A DNA stretch of 64,000 bases from the human T2T-CHM13v2.0 reference genome, Homo sapiens, in assembly GCF_009914755.1 (NCBI RefSeq), contig NC_060930.1. One strand, given 5' to 3'. Position numbers and translations under genes: made by a program. The notes beneath the pieces were generated by a model. It did not search any database. It saw only the letters and a list, made by a program, of their open reading frames with translations, and had not been told where the DNA came from. The stretch's first letter is position 1. Each line of letters opens with the position of its first letter. Positions 16,236 to 31,329 of this stretch are shown here, one piece after another.

Positions 16236-17769
16236 TTGTAAATATTTTCTGCGCTTCAGTGGGCCATGTCTTCACTTTGTTGATTGCTTCCTTTGCTGTG
16301 TACAACTTTTTATCTTTATATAATCCTGTTTGTTAATGTTTGCTTTGGTTGCCTGTACTTTTGAGGTCTTACTCAATATATCTTCCTCAGACCAATATCC
16401 TGGAGCAATTCCTCAATGTTTCATCTAGTATTTTTATAGTTTGAAGTTTAGATTTAAGCTGTTAATTCATTTTGATATGATTATTGTATACGCTGAGAGA
16501 TAGGGGTCCAATTTAATTATTCAGCATATGATTATACAGTTTTCCCAGCACAATTTATTGAAGAGACTGTCCTTTCCCCAATGTATATTCTTGGTACCTT
16601 TGTCAAAAATGAGTTAGGTATAAATGCATGAGTTTATTTTGGGTTTCTGTAATGTATTCCATTAGCCAATGTGTTTGATTTTATGCAACTGTGATGCTGT
16701 TTTGCCAAAATAGTGTATTTTGGCTCTTCTGGGTCTTTTGTGGTTTTATATAAATTTTAGAATTTTTTTTAACTTTTCTGTAAAGAATGTCATTGGCAAT
16801 TTGATTGGAATTTTATTGGCTTTATAGATTGCTTTGGGTACTGGATATTTAATGAATTCACTTTTTCTAATCCATGAGCATGGAATATCTTTCCATTTTT
16901 TTGTCAACTATTTTCCTCAGTGTTTTATAGTTTTTCTTGCAGAAATCTTTTATTTATTTGGTTTAATATCTTTCCAGGTGTTTTATATTTTTGTAGCTAT
17001 TTTAGATAAAATGGCTTTCTTGATTTCTCTTTCAGATTGTTCATTGTTGGCATATACAAACACTACTGATTATTCTGTTGATTTTATAACCTGCAACTTT
17101 GTCGAATTTTAAAAATTAATTCAGGGTTTTCTAAATATATGATCATGTCTTCCAGGAATAAAGAAAATTCGACATCTTCCTTTTCAATTTGGATGCCCCT
17201 TATTTATTTCTCTAATCTGATTGCTCTGGCTGAGATTTCTGGTGTTTTGCTGAATAAAAATGGGGAAAGTGGCAGAAAAGCCTTTCAATTTTTCCTTATT
17301 CAGTATAATGTTAGCTATGAGTATATCATATATAGCCTGTACTCTTTTGACCTATATTCCGTCCATACCCATTCTGTTGAATGTTTTTATAATAAAGGAA
17401 TATTGAATTTTATTTTATTTTATGTTTTTTAGAACCTATTAAAATAATCTTTTTTTTTTTGTTCTTGGTTCTGTTAATGCAATTTGTCAGTTTTATTGAT
17501 TTGCTTATGTTTAATTATCCTTGCATCCGTGGGCTAAATCCCATTTGATAATTGTGGATGGTCTCTTTAACATGTTGTTTAATTCGGCTTGCTGGTATTT
17601 TGTTGAGATTTTTGCGTATGTGTCAATCAAGGCTGTAGGGCTGTAGCTTTCTTTTTCCTTTTTTTTTTTTTTTTTTTTTTTTGAGACTGAGTCTCGCTCT
17701 GTTACCCAGGCTGGAGCGCAATGGTGCAATCTCAGCTCATGGCAACCTCCTCCTCCCATGTTCAAGTGA

Positions 17770-18152
<383 letters not shown>

Positions 18153-18187
<35 letters not shown>

Positions 18188-18472
18188 CTGAGACGGAGTC
18201 TCGCTCTGTAACCCAGGCTAGAGTGCAAGTGGCGCCATCTCGGCTCACTGCAAGCTCCGCCTCCCAGGTTCACGCCATTCTCCTGCCTCAGCCTCCTGAG
18301 TAGCTGGGACTACAGGAGCCCGCCACCACGCCTGGCTAATTTTTTTGTATTTTTAGTAGAGACGGGGTTTCACCGTGTTAGCCAGGATGGTCTTGATCTT
18401 TTGACCTTGTGATCCACCCATCTCGGCCTCCCAAAGTGCTGGGATTACAGGCGTGAGCCACCGCTCCTGGTC
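18153..18472 (-). mobile_element. AluY
   Basis: Antisense AluY with ~35-nt poly(T); caccgtgttagccaggatgg and gcaagctccgcc. Confidence 0.93.
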
Positions 18473-18850
18473 ATTTTTGTATTTTTAGTAGAAAGGAGAT
18501 TTCATCATGTTGGCCTGACTGGTCTGGAATACCCAGCATCAATTGATCGGTCAGCCTCGGCCTCACAAAGTGCAGGGATTACAGGCGTGAGTCACCTGCT
18601 CGGCCATGACCTGTAGCTTTCTTTTTTTGTTTTGCCCTTGTCTGGTTTTGGTATTAGGGCATTGTTGGATTCAGAGAATGATTTAGGAAGTATTGCTTCC
18701 TCATAAATTTGTTTGAACAGTTTGAGTAGAATTGGTATTAGTTCTTCTTTAATTGTTCAGTAAAATTCAGCAATGAAGTCACCGGGTTCTGGGATTTATT
18801 TTTTTATTTTTATTTTATTTTTGGGGAGACATTTTACTACTTTTTCTATC

Positions 18851-19184
18851 TGATATGGTTTGGCTGTGTCCGCACCCAAATGTCAACGTGAATTTTATCT
18901 CCCAGAATTCCCACATCTCGTGGGAGGGACCTAAGGGGAGGTTATGGAATCATGGTGGCTTGTCTTAATAAGTCTCACAAGATCTGATGGGTTTATCAAG
19001 GGTTTCTGCATTTGCTTCTTTCTCATTTTCTCTTGCTGTCTCCATGTAAGAAGTGCCTTTTTGCTCCCGCCATGATTCTGAGGCTTCCCCAGCCATGTGG
19101 AACTGTAAGTCCGTCCAATTAAGCCTCTTTTTCTTTCCAGTCTCAAGAATGTCTTTATCAGCAGCATGAAAATGAACTAATACA
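18851..19184 (+). mobile_element. THE1A solo LTR (MaLR)
   Basis: tgatatggtttggctgtgtc...gggtttatcaagggtttctgcatttgcttctt...actaataca. 5-bp TSD ctatc/ctctc (one mismatch). Confidence 0.9.
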
Positions 19185-21600
19185 CTCTCTGATTAATTTT
19201 TATTGGTTTGTTCCGGTTTTCTATTTCTTCAAGATTTAATCTTGGTAAGTTTTATATGTTAAACAATTTATTCATGTCTTTCAGGTTTTCAATTTTTTGG
19301 TGTATAGTTGTTCATAATAGTTTCTAATGATTTTGTTTTGTGTTTGTGATATCAGTTGTTATGAGTTCTTTTTCATTTCTAATTTTATCTAATATTTATA
19401 TCTTCTCTATTTTTCATAGTTAGTCTAGCTTAAGAATTGTCAATTTTGCATATCTTTTAAAAATAACTTGTCTTTTAATTGATCTTTTGTATTGCGTTTT
19501 CAATCTCAATTTCACTTTTATTCCTGCTCTGATTGTTACTAATGTTTTCCTTCTGCTAAATTCAGGTTTGATTTGTTTTTGCTTTTCTATTTCTCTTTGT
19601 TGCATCATAAAATTGTTAATTTGAATTTTTTTGATATAGATGTTTAATGCTATAAACATACATACCCCTTAGCACAGCTGTTGCTGTATGTTATAGATAT
19701 TGTTATGTTGTGTTTCCATATTCATTTTATTTCAAGAATTTGTTTTTTAATTTCTTCCTTGACCCAATAGTCATTCAAGAGCATGTTGTTTAATTTCCAT
19801 GTGCTTGTGTGGTTTCTAAGATTTCTCTTCTTATTGATTTATAATTTTATTTCTTTGTGTTCAGAAAAAATACTTGATATAATTTGGACTCTTGAATTTG
19901 TTGAGACTTGTTTCCTGACCTAGCATATGATCTGTTTTGTATAATGTGTATAATGTTTCACATCCTGTTGAAAATAGTGTGTATTCTGCACCAGTTAGGT
20001 GAAATATTTTGTCAATTTAAGTTAGGCCTATTTAGTCAAGTGTGTAACTTAACTCTGATGTTTCTTTGTTGATTTTCTGTCTGGATGATTTGTTTATTAC
20101 TGAAAGTGTAATGTTAATATCCCCTACTATCATTGTATTAGAGTCCATCTCTCTTTTCAGATGTGTTAGTGTTTGCTTTAAATACTTGAATTCTGTGTTG
20201 GGTACACAGATACCTGTTTGTTACATGCTGTAGCAAGATTGACTTCTTCATTAGATAGTGACCTTTGTAGCTTTTTATAGTCTTTGACTTGTAGCCTATT
20301 TTATCTGATATAAGTATAGCTACTCCTGTTCCTTTGGTTTCTATTTCCTTGTAATGTGTTTTTCCATATCTTCACTTTTGGTCTATGTTTTTCTTTATAG
20401 ATGATGAAGCAGTTTTCTTCGAAGGCAGCATATAGTTTGGTCTTGTTTCTTTATTCATTCAGCCACTCTATAACTTTTTCTTGGTGAATTCAATACATTT
20501 ACATTCAAAGTTCTTATTGATAGGTAAGGATTTACCAATGCCATTATTTACTTGTTGTCTGGTTGTATTGAATCACCTTTCTTTCTTTCTTCCTCTATTA
20601 CTGCCTTTTTTTTTTTTTTTTGGTTAAGAGATTTTCTCTGAAACTATGTTTTAATTCAGTGCTTTTTTTTGGTATATTTATGATATGTTTTTGCTTTGTG
20701 GTTATTGCGAGACTTAGAAAAACATGTTAATGGTATAACAAGTTATTTAAACAAATGACAACTTTTCTTTGACTATAAAGAAAAACTAGAAATAAACAAC
20801 GACAAAAAAAAAATTTAATTTTGCATTTCAGCTCCACCCCCAACCCCTGCTCCTTTTGGCCTATTTTTTGGCATCAATTCATGTAATCTTATATTGCCTA
20901 TCTCTTAACAGATTGATGTCGATATTATTGATTTTGATAGATTTGCCTTTTAGTCTTCATAATAAAATTATGAGTGGGTTACACACATAATTATAGTGTT
21001 AGAATATTTTGAGGTTTTTTTCAGTATTTACTTTTACCACTAGGTTTTAGACCTTCAAATGGTTTATATTTGCATATTAGGTTTTTTTTTAATTTTTTTT
21101 TTTTTTTTTTTGCTTTTTTTCAGATTGAATAACTCTGCAGCATTTTTTAAAAGATGGGTCTGGTGGTAAAGAATTCCTTCAGCTTTCGTTTGGAAAAGAC
21201 TTTATCTCTCCTTCATGTTTGAAAGATAGTTTTTCAAGACACTAAATTCATGTTTGGCAGTCTTGTTTTTTAGCATGTTGAACATGCTATCCTATTCCAT
21301 CCTTATGGTGGAATGTTACTTATTAAGAAGCTTTTTTTCCAGACAAATTGGAGCCCCTTTATATACGTGCTTCTTGTCTGTTGCTGCTTTTAGAATCCTC
21401 TCTTTTCTCTTGACATTTGAGAGTTTGATTATTACATTGCTTCATGTAGTTTTATTTGTGTTTAATCCGGCAATCTCTTACCTTTCTATGTCTGGATATT
21501 TACATCTTTTTCAAATTTTGTAACATTTTCTGTTATTACTCTTTGAATACAATTTTTATTCCTTGCTCTTCCTCAGCTACATTTTGAATACTAATAATTC

Positions 21601-21912
21601 TTTTTTTTTTCTTTTCTTTTTTTTTTTTTTTGAGATGGAGTCTTGCTCTGTCACCCAGGCTGGAGTGCAGTGGCGCGATCTTGGCTCACTTGCAACTTCC
21701 ACCTCCCAAGTTCAAGCCATTTTCCTGCTTCGGCCTCCCAAGTAGCTGGGATTACAGGTGTGTGCCACCACACACAGCTTATTTTTGTATTTTTAGTAGA
21801 GACAGGATTTTGTTATGTTGGTCAGGTTCATCTCGAACTCCTGACCTTGTGATCCGCCTGCCTCGGCCTCCCAAAGTGCTGGCATTACAGGCGTGAGCCA
21901 CCGTGACCAGCC
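21601..21912 (-). mobile_element. AluS (Sc/Sg-like)
   Basis: Full antisense dimer. TSD aatMctaataattct. Confidence 0.92.
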
Positions 21913-22650
21913 AAATCCTAATAATTCTTAAATTTTTTCTTTTGGGGTAATTATCTATATCCTGCATGTGTTCTTTATTCTTTTTCATTTGCTTTTCTTC
22001 TCTGTGTATTTTATAGTAGCCTATCCTCAAGCTCAGTAAGACTTTCCTCTGATTCATCCATTTTGCTGTTGAGAGCCTGTAATAAAATTTTCAGTATAGC
22101 AAATATACTTTTTACTTCCAAGATTTCTGTTTTATATTTTAAATTATTTCAATCTTCGTTACATTTCTCTGATAAATTTCTGTTGCTTTCCTTTTTTATT
22201 TTGTGGATTATTGAGTTTCCTTAAATATGCTATTTTGAACTTTTGATCAGACAGCTTGCCTTTCATATTCCCATTACAATAATTCTCCGTCTCCTCGTTT
22301 GTCTGGGGAGGTTTGGGTTTTATAGTTCTCTGTTTTATATTGTTATTCTGCGTTTACTTCTATGTCTTCACATTTGAAGGATTAGTTATTTATTCCAGTT
22401 TTCTCTGGCTTGTTTCGATTTTTGGATATGTTTGTATATAGATTTATTTGCAATATACCTGTTGAATGTATTTTTCCAAGATCACTGCCGCCTCTTCAGC
22501 ACTAGATGGCACCTTAACCCTGCGTTTACCTCAGCTCTAGCAAAGGTAAGAGCATTGCCTAGCCTGAATGGTAGAAGTCCCCCAGGGAATATTCCGGCAG
22601 TGTGGGAAAACTGGCTAGGAGTTTGTGCTTATAGGACTTGTGAAACTTAC

Positions 22651-22966
<316 letters not shown>

Positions 22967-23647
22967 TGAAACTCATCTCCTATAGCTTGGTGCTGCTAGA
23001 CAGCCACTCTGTTTTAACTTCTTCTTTGGCCAAAACACAGAGGAAAGTTTTCCTGCCTGGAGATACTAGTCCTACCTTCTCCCCTGTATCTAGCTGTCTT
23101 CAAGAAGTTTTCTCCCTTCAGGCCCTCACAATAATTCCTGTGTGTTAAGGCAGGGATAGATTTTCTATCAGGGAATAAAAGATGTAGAAGCTGGTGTCTA
23201 CCTGGATCTACGTTTTCTGATGTAGTTATCTGATGAGTTGGGAGTGGGAGGACATTCTCCAAGCTTGGTGCCTGGCAGACTGGGGAAAGAATGTTGCAGA
23301 TATGGAAGTCTGATTCTCTTACCATATGCTCCTAGTTTTTTCATTTCTCTGTGTTCCAGGGAACTCTTTTCCTCATATTTAAGTTCTGGGATATTGCTGG
23401 TGATAATTTTGGCAATGTATATTTGCTTTTGATTTTCTGTAGTTGGGGTGGTGGGTAGTAAAGCCAGCTAGCTTCTACTTTGCCATTTTGGCTTATTATA
23501 GGTCTTTTTAGATTTTCTGTTTATGATGAGTAAATTTTGGTAGCTTGTATTTCTAGAAATATGTGCATTGCATTGAAGTCATTAATAAAAGTTGTGTAAC
23601 TCTCCCTTGTAGTCCTTGTTTATATATTTTTGGTGCTGCTGGACAGC

Positions 23648-23869
23648 CATTTATATTTATATATATTTAATTTATATATTTAATTAATATATTTATTTTA
23701 TAAATGTATTTATTTAATAAATATATATTTATATATTTAATTTATATATAAATTTAATATAAACTATATATAAATATTAAATATACAATATATATTTTAT
23801 ATTTATATATAAATATGTATTAATATAAAATATATAAATTTATATATAAATTATATATAAATATAAATG
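23648..23869. repeat. ~220-bp almost pure A/T tract with 18-bp terminal inverted repeats
   Basis: catttatatttatatata (23648-23665) is the reverse complement of tatatataaatataaatg (23852-23869). Confidence 0.85.
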
Positions 23870-23904
23870 TGTGGCACTAAATTCAGCAACCATTATTAAT
23901 GTGC

Positions 23905-23905
<1 letters not shown>

Positions 23906-23936
<31 letters not shown>
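23906..23936. repeat. (TG)n microsatellite
   Basis: About 15 TG units directly 5' of THE1B. Confidence 0.95.
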
Positions 23937-23938
<2 letters not shown>

Positions 23939-26204
23939 GGTTTGGCTGCATCCCCACCCAAATCTCATCTTGAATTGTAACTCCCACAATTCCCACATGT
24001 TTTGGGAGGGACTCAGTGGAAGGTAAATGAATCATGGATTCAGGTCTTTCTCATGCTGTTCTCACAACAGTGAATAAGTCTCACTAGATCTGATGACTTT
24101 TGAAAGAGGACTTCCCCCGCACAAGCTCTCTTTCTTTGCCTGCCATCATCCATGTAAGATGTGACTTGCCCCTCCTTGCCTTCCACCATGATTGTGAGGC
24201 CGCCCTATCCATTTGAAACTGGAATGCCATTAAACGTCTTTTTCTTTCCAATCTAGGGTATGTCTTTAGCAGCAGCATGAAAACAAATACAGTAAATTGG
24301 TACCAGTAGAGTGGCACACTGCTGAAGAGATACCTGAAAATGTAGAAGCGACTTTGGTACTGGGTAACAGGCAGAAGTTGGAATAGTTTGGAGGGCTCAA
24401 AAGTACATGGAAAAATGTGGGAAAGTTTGAAACTCCCTAGAGACTTGTTAAATGACTTTGCTCAAAAAGCTGTTAGTGATGTGGACAATAAAGTCCAGGC
24501 TGAGGTGGTCTCAGATGGAAATGAATAACTTGTTGTGAACTGCAGCAAAGGTGACTCTTGCTGTTTTAGCAAAGAGACTGGCAGCATTTTGCCCCTGCCT
24601 TAAAGATTTGTGGAACACTGAACTTCAGAGAGATGATTTAGGGTATCTGATGGGAGAAATTTCTAAGCAGCATAGCATTCAAGAAGTGACCTGAGTGCTG
24701 TTAAAGGCATTCAGTTTTATAAGGGAAGCAGAGCATAAAAGTTTGACAGCCTGACAATGTGATAGAAAAGAAAATTCTATTTTCTGAGAAGAAATTCCAA
24801 CTGGCTGCAGAAATTTGCATAAGTAGCAAGGAGTGGAATGTTAATCCCCAAGACAATGGAGATAATGTCTCCAGGGCAGTTCAGAGGTCTTCACAGCCGC
24901 CCCCCGCTTTACATGTCTGGAGGTCTAGAGGAAAAAATTGTTATGTGGGCCGGGCCCAGGGTCTCCCATTCTGTCTGCAGTCTAGAGACTTGGTGCCCTC
25001 TGCCCCAGCTGCTCAAGCTGTGACTAAAAGGGGCCAAGGTACAGCACTGGTTGTGGCTTCAGAGGGTACAAGCCCCAGGCCTTGGCAACTTTCACGTGGT
25101 ATTGAGCCTGTGGATGCACAGAAGTCAAGAATTGAGGCTTGGGAACCTCTGCTGGGATGGCAGAGAATGTATGTATGGAAATACCTGGATTTCCAGGCAG
25201 AGTTTGTTGCAGGGGCAGGGCTCTCATGAAGAACCTCTGCTAGGACAGTGCCCCCACACAGAGTCCGTCTGTACTGAGGCACCACCTGCTGGGGCTGTGA
25301 GAAGAGGGCCAACGTCTTTCAGACCCCAGAATGTTGGATCCACTGACAGCTTGCAATGTGCATTTGGATAAGCCACAGACACTCAATGCTAGCCCATAAA
25401 AGCAGCTAAGAGAGATAATGTACCCTGCAAAGCCACAGAGGTGTTGTCCAAAACCATTGGAACCCACCTCTTGTATCAATGTGAACTGGATGTGAGGCAT
25501 GACATCAAAAGAGATCATTTTGGAGCTTTAACATTTGACTTCCCCGCTGCATTTTGGACTTGCATGGGGCCTGTTGTCCTTTGTTTTGGCTAATTTATCC
25601 CATTTGCAATGGCTGTATTCACCTAATGTCTGTACCCCCATTGTATCTGGGAAGTAGCTAACTTGCTTTTGATTTTACGGTCTCATAAGTGGAAGAGACT
25701 TGCCTTGTCTCAGATGAGATGTTGGACTGTGGACTTTTGAGTAATGTTGACATGAGTTAAGACTTTGGGAGACTGTTGGGAAGGCATGATTAGTTTTGAA
25801 ATGTGAGGACATGAGATTTGGGAGAGGCGAGGGACAGAATGATACGCTTTGGCTGTGTCTCCACCCAAATTTCATTTTACACACAATTCAATTCTCATGT
25901 GTTGTAAGAAGGACCAGTGGGAGTTGAATCACAGGGTAATTGAATCATGGGGGTGGGTCTTTCTCATGCTGTTCACACAAAAGTTAGTAAGTCTCACAGG
26001 ATCTGGTGGTTTTAAAAAGAGCAGTTCCCTTGTACAAACTCTCTCTCTGCCTGCGGTCATCTATGCAAGACATGACTTGCTCCTCCTTGCCTTCTGCCAT
26101 TATTGTGAGGCCTCCCCAGCCAGGTGGAACTGTAATTCCATTAAACCTCTTTTTCTTTCCAGTCTTGGGTATGTCTTTATCATCATCATAAAAATCGATA
26201 TATA
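23933..26204 (+). mobile_element. Complete THE1 (THE1B-like) MaLR provirus: 5' LTR ~23933-24291, internal 24292-25839, 3' LTR 25840-~26204
   Basis: Two direct LTRs (tttggctg...cccacccaaat...gggtatgtcttta). Internal region starts gtaaattggtaccagtagagtgg; purine tract ggagaggcgagggacagaa precedes the 3' LTR. ORFs at 24759-25371 are THE1-int remnants. Confidence 0.92.
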
Positions 26205-26208
26205 TATA

Positions 26209-26245
<37 letters not shown>
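26198..26245. repeat. (TA)n(TG)n microsatellite
   Basis: atatatatatatt followed by about 17 TG units directly 3' of THE1B. Confidence 0.95.
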
Positions 26246-26249
<4 letters not shown>

Positions 26250-28304
26250 CATTATATATATTTTTTGTAAGGTCAATAACAATGCATCCTCTTTCTTTCT
26301 GAGTTTTAGTAATGTGAGCCTACTCTTTTTATTCTTGTAATTCTAGTTAAATTTTGTAAATTGTATTGATCTTTTAAAATAATAAACCTTTTTTAAATTT
26401 TATAATTGTTCTCTATTTTCCTTTTTTTAACTGTAATCTTTGTTATAACATTGATTCAGATTTTTTCTTCTTTTCAATTACTTTTACACTGGAAGTTTTG
26501 TCATTGATTTGATTTATAGTGTCTAAAGCTATAAATGTCCCTCTAGTACCACTTTAACTTAATTTCTTTGGTATGTTGTATTTTCGTCTTCCTCTCCAAT
26601 TATTTTTCAATTTTGGTTGTGATTCTGTTTGACTCGTTCCATATTGAAAACTGAAACTGCATTGTTTAATTTTAACATATTTATAAATTTCTCAAATTTA
26701 TATTTTCATTGACACCTAATTTTATTCTATTTTTTCTGGAGACCATACATTGTATGAATTCAATTATTAATATTTATTGAGAATTTATTTGTGACTTACA
26801 ATAGGTTTTATCCTGGGGACAAGATTTTTTTTAACATCTTTAATATCCATATTAATTTTTTCTCTTTTTATTATTATCAAATGTGGGTCACTGAAATCAA
26901 CAACAAATGTTTATATATTGTTATTTTTTCCTTTAATTGAATCAAGTTTTACTTCAACTGTCTTGGGGCTCTGATGACCGATTCATATATGCTTTTAATT
27001 TTTATGTCTTCCTAATTATTTGACCCTTTAATTGTTATAAATTGTCATTAGTAATTTAATCATTATATATTTTCTGCAATTATAATTTCCATCTTAAAGT
27101 CCATTTTGTCTAATATTAGAATAGCCATCCCATCCATATCTCTTTTGGTTACTGTTTGCATAGTGTACCTTTTCCTCCTTTTATTTTAACTTAGTTGAGT
27201 TTGCATCTAAAGTGTATCTCTTGTGTAGTGATATAGTTGAATCATTTTTTTAAAAATTTATGTTTTCTACCTCTGCCTTTCATTTTAATGTTTGTTCTAT
27301 ATACATATACTTAATTTCTCACAATGTAGAACTTGCCTTATTTTCTATTATTTTTCTATTTGTTTTCTTTATGTTTTATGTCTCTTTAATAGTCCTCTAC
27401 TAACATTTTATTTTATATTAAATAGCTATTTTCTAGAGTATGATCTTAAAATACTTCTTATGTCTCTTAGTATATTTATTATTTTGAATGGCCCCATGTC
27501 TATAATTACTACTTTAATGTACAACAATCTAGTATGGAAGTAAAGAAAGTTAATTTTAAAACAACAACACCACTTTATTGGTATAGGTTTATTTTCTTCC
27601 CTCTCCTTAGTGCTATTATTGTCCCACAAATGACATTCTTATACAATAAAAATCTATTAACCCATTTTTAAAATTATGTTTATATGGTTATCTTTAAATG
27701 ACTGAGAAAAAAGTTATTATAAAAATATTATTATTATGTCTTTCATATTTACATATTTATACACATTACTGGTGAGCTTGATATTTCCATGTTGGATAAA
27801 CTACTTTCCAGTGTTCTGCTCTTTCTGCTTAAAGTACTCTTTGGTATTTTCTATATGGGAGGTGGGTGTGCTAGCCACAGTGTTTTGTTTTTTAGTTTTG
27901 TTCATATGAAAGTGTGTTATTTTTCCTGTATTTTTAAAAATTACTTTTGCTGGATACAAAAGACTGGATTATTGGTTGCCAGTCTTTTTATTTCACCACT
28001 CGCCTTGAATATAGCAACTCACCACGTTCTGTCCTCTATAGTTTCTAATAAGAAATTGGTTATTTATTTTATCGTGTATTTCTTGTTCATAATGAGTCCT
28101 TTCTTTCTGATTTCAGATTCTCTCATTGTTGCCTTTGACAGTCTAATTTTGATGTATCTGAGAATCTCTTTGAATTTATCTTATTTAAATTTCTTGGAGC
28201 TTTTTATGAATAGATTAAATTTTTTAATTCTATTTGGGAAGCTTTCTGTTGTTTTTAAATTTAATTTTTATGGATAATTGGCAGATAATTTTACAATACA
28301 ATAC

Positions 28305-28921
<617 letters not shown>

Positions 28922-31329
28922 AATACAATACGTTTTTACAATACAATTTCACAATATTTGTGGGGTACAATGTGATATTTCATTGCATGTATATATTGTA
29001 TAATGGCCAAATTGTTGTATTCACCATATTTATCACTTCAAACATTTATCTTTTTTCTGTGGTGACAGCATTCAAAATCTTCTCTTCAACCTATGTAGTT
29101 ATACCACTTTGTTATTTGCTGTAGTCATCATACTGTGTAATAGAATACCAGAATGTATTCTTTCTGTCAGAAAATGACGGGACCAAACTGATTTTGTTCC
29201 CTCCTGTAACTGCCAGGTTTCTGGTTTTCAGGACTACCCTGTTTTTGAGGCTGTTATTTTGCTAGGTCACAATGGAACATGGTCAAGGAGGATAATAATT
29301 AGAGATTATTTTAAATGCCTTCAAACTCAATATTTTTACCAAGATTTATTATGTTTCTCAAAACAACTCTCAGTATTGTTACAATTCTTTGGTTATTCTT
29401 AATAGTTCTGAAATGCTAATTTTGATGTTTAATCTTTCTTCTTATTGGATAGGCAGATGACCTTACTCTGCCATTCTGCTGTCACCCAGCAGAAATGTCT
29501 TAATTTAAAAGACAAGAATAATTAAAATAATAATCTAGCAAGCAGTTTTTGAGACTTATGTCAGAAATTGAGTGAATGAGACTCTGCACTTGACTCAAAT
29601 AAATATGAGATATATTATAAAGAAATAATTTATTAATAAACATCTTTTTATTAAAATATGTAACAAAATACTATTTTGCCAGAGGGAAGAAAAAGCTAAA
29701 TTTGGGTAGGGTTAGGAATAAAAATTCAAAAGTAAAAAAAAACAAATGAACTGAGACTTCAAGGATAAATAGTAGTTCACCAGGTTAAGAGAAAAAATAA
29801 AGAATATGCTTAGCAGGAAAATTGGTAAAGAAATAAAAGCATAGCCAAGAATTTCCTTTCCTTTCCTCATATAATTACAATATTTGAATACAGTTTTAAT
29901 AAATAAAAAAAGCAATGCTCATAATGTTCTCCCAAATATCAATAAAAGTATATAAAATGTAAGGTTTAGCATAACTGTACAGTTTTTCTTAATATCGTAT
30001 TGTGCTATGGCTGGAATCCTTATGTATCTTTCTATCACTTTCATATAAAATTATTGCACTTTGCAAAGTTTATTTTCATTAAACATTAATGTTAATTTAC
30101 ATAATCACATTCAATGAATTCATTATAAGCCAGAGAAAAGTTTGTATTCAGGTTTTCAAATTTGTCTGACTCAAACATTTACCAATCAGAATAACTTGAG
30201 ATTAACAAGGAAAAGCAAAAATTTCAGATTCTGAGAACATATACACAAACACTGACACACACAAATACATACACATACACACAGACGCAGGAGATGAACT
30301 GACCAAAAATAATAAATACTGACTCTTAGAGTTAGCTTGTTGCAAGTTCAGTAAATACTGCAGAATATACTTGGTGTTTTCTTCGCTCTGCTTCTATATA
30401 CCTGTACAAAATCAGATAATCCCTCTCTGTTACCTCAGAAACAAAATATAAAAATAGAGTGATGCTCTTGATATGAAAATTTGACTCAGCAATATTTTTC
30501 TTATTATAAAATAAAGAAGTAAAATGATTAATAGACACAAGAATACTGCCATCAGTAAAAATGTTTAGAACATTGTTTAACAATAACAGCATGATAAAAC
30601 AAAGCATGCTGTCGTTACATATATGTAATATTCTAAGAAATACACATGCTTAATACTCTTTTCTTTTGCAACTGAGTAATGCATATAGGAATTTAGTTTC
30701 TAACAATATGATAGGCCAGGGTTGCAAGGAAAATATTCCTAGGGTTAAATTGATAAAATTTTTGCCTTTATTTTTTATTACTCTTGAGGGATAATTTGTA
30801 TACAATCAAATTCAACAAATTTAGTCAATAATTAGATGATGTTTGATCAAAAAAATGTGTATGATGATTGTCATGATTTATCAGTTCATTCTTAAAGAAA
30901 ATATACCAATTGCAACTAAATATGGATTTAATAGTAGAGCATCAAGGTATAATAAACAAAAAAGCTGACTATGAACATGAAAAGCAAATCCATATTATCT
31001 TCATGGAATTTAACACAACAACCTCACTAGTTAGATACAATATCTGTGAGGGTACAGAAAATCTACATGACATTATCAACTAGCTTAAATATTATTTATA
31101 GTTTGCTACACCTAACATTTACAGAATACATATACATATATATGTGTATGAGTGTGCATACATATATATGTGTAACAATAAAATTTTTGCTATTAATCCA
31201 ATTTTAAAAACTTCTTATTGCACCTGTACAAGTATTTCTCTAGGGCTTATATTTAAGAGTGAAACTACTGGGTCATAGTTCATAAACAAACTAAAATTTA
31301 CAGGAGAAAGTGGTTACATTAATTTAGTT

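Noticed and set aside
24759-25518. ORFs of 92-156 aa
   Set aside because: They are remnants of the decayed THE1 internal region.
27789-28277. 162-aa hydrophobic ORF resembling a membrane protein
   Set aside because: It lies on the T-rich antisense strand of old L1; the F/L/I richness is compositional.
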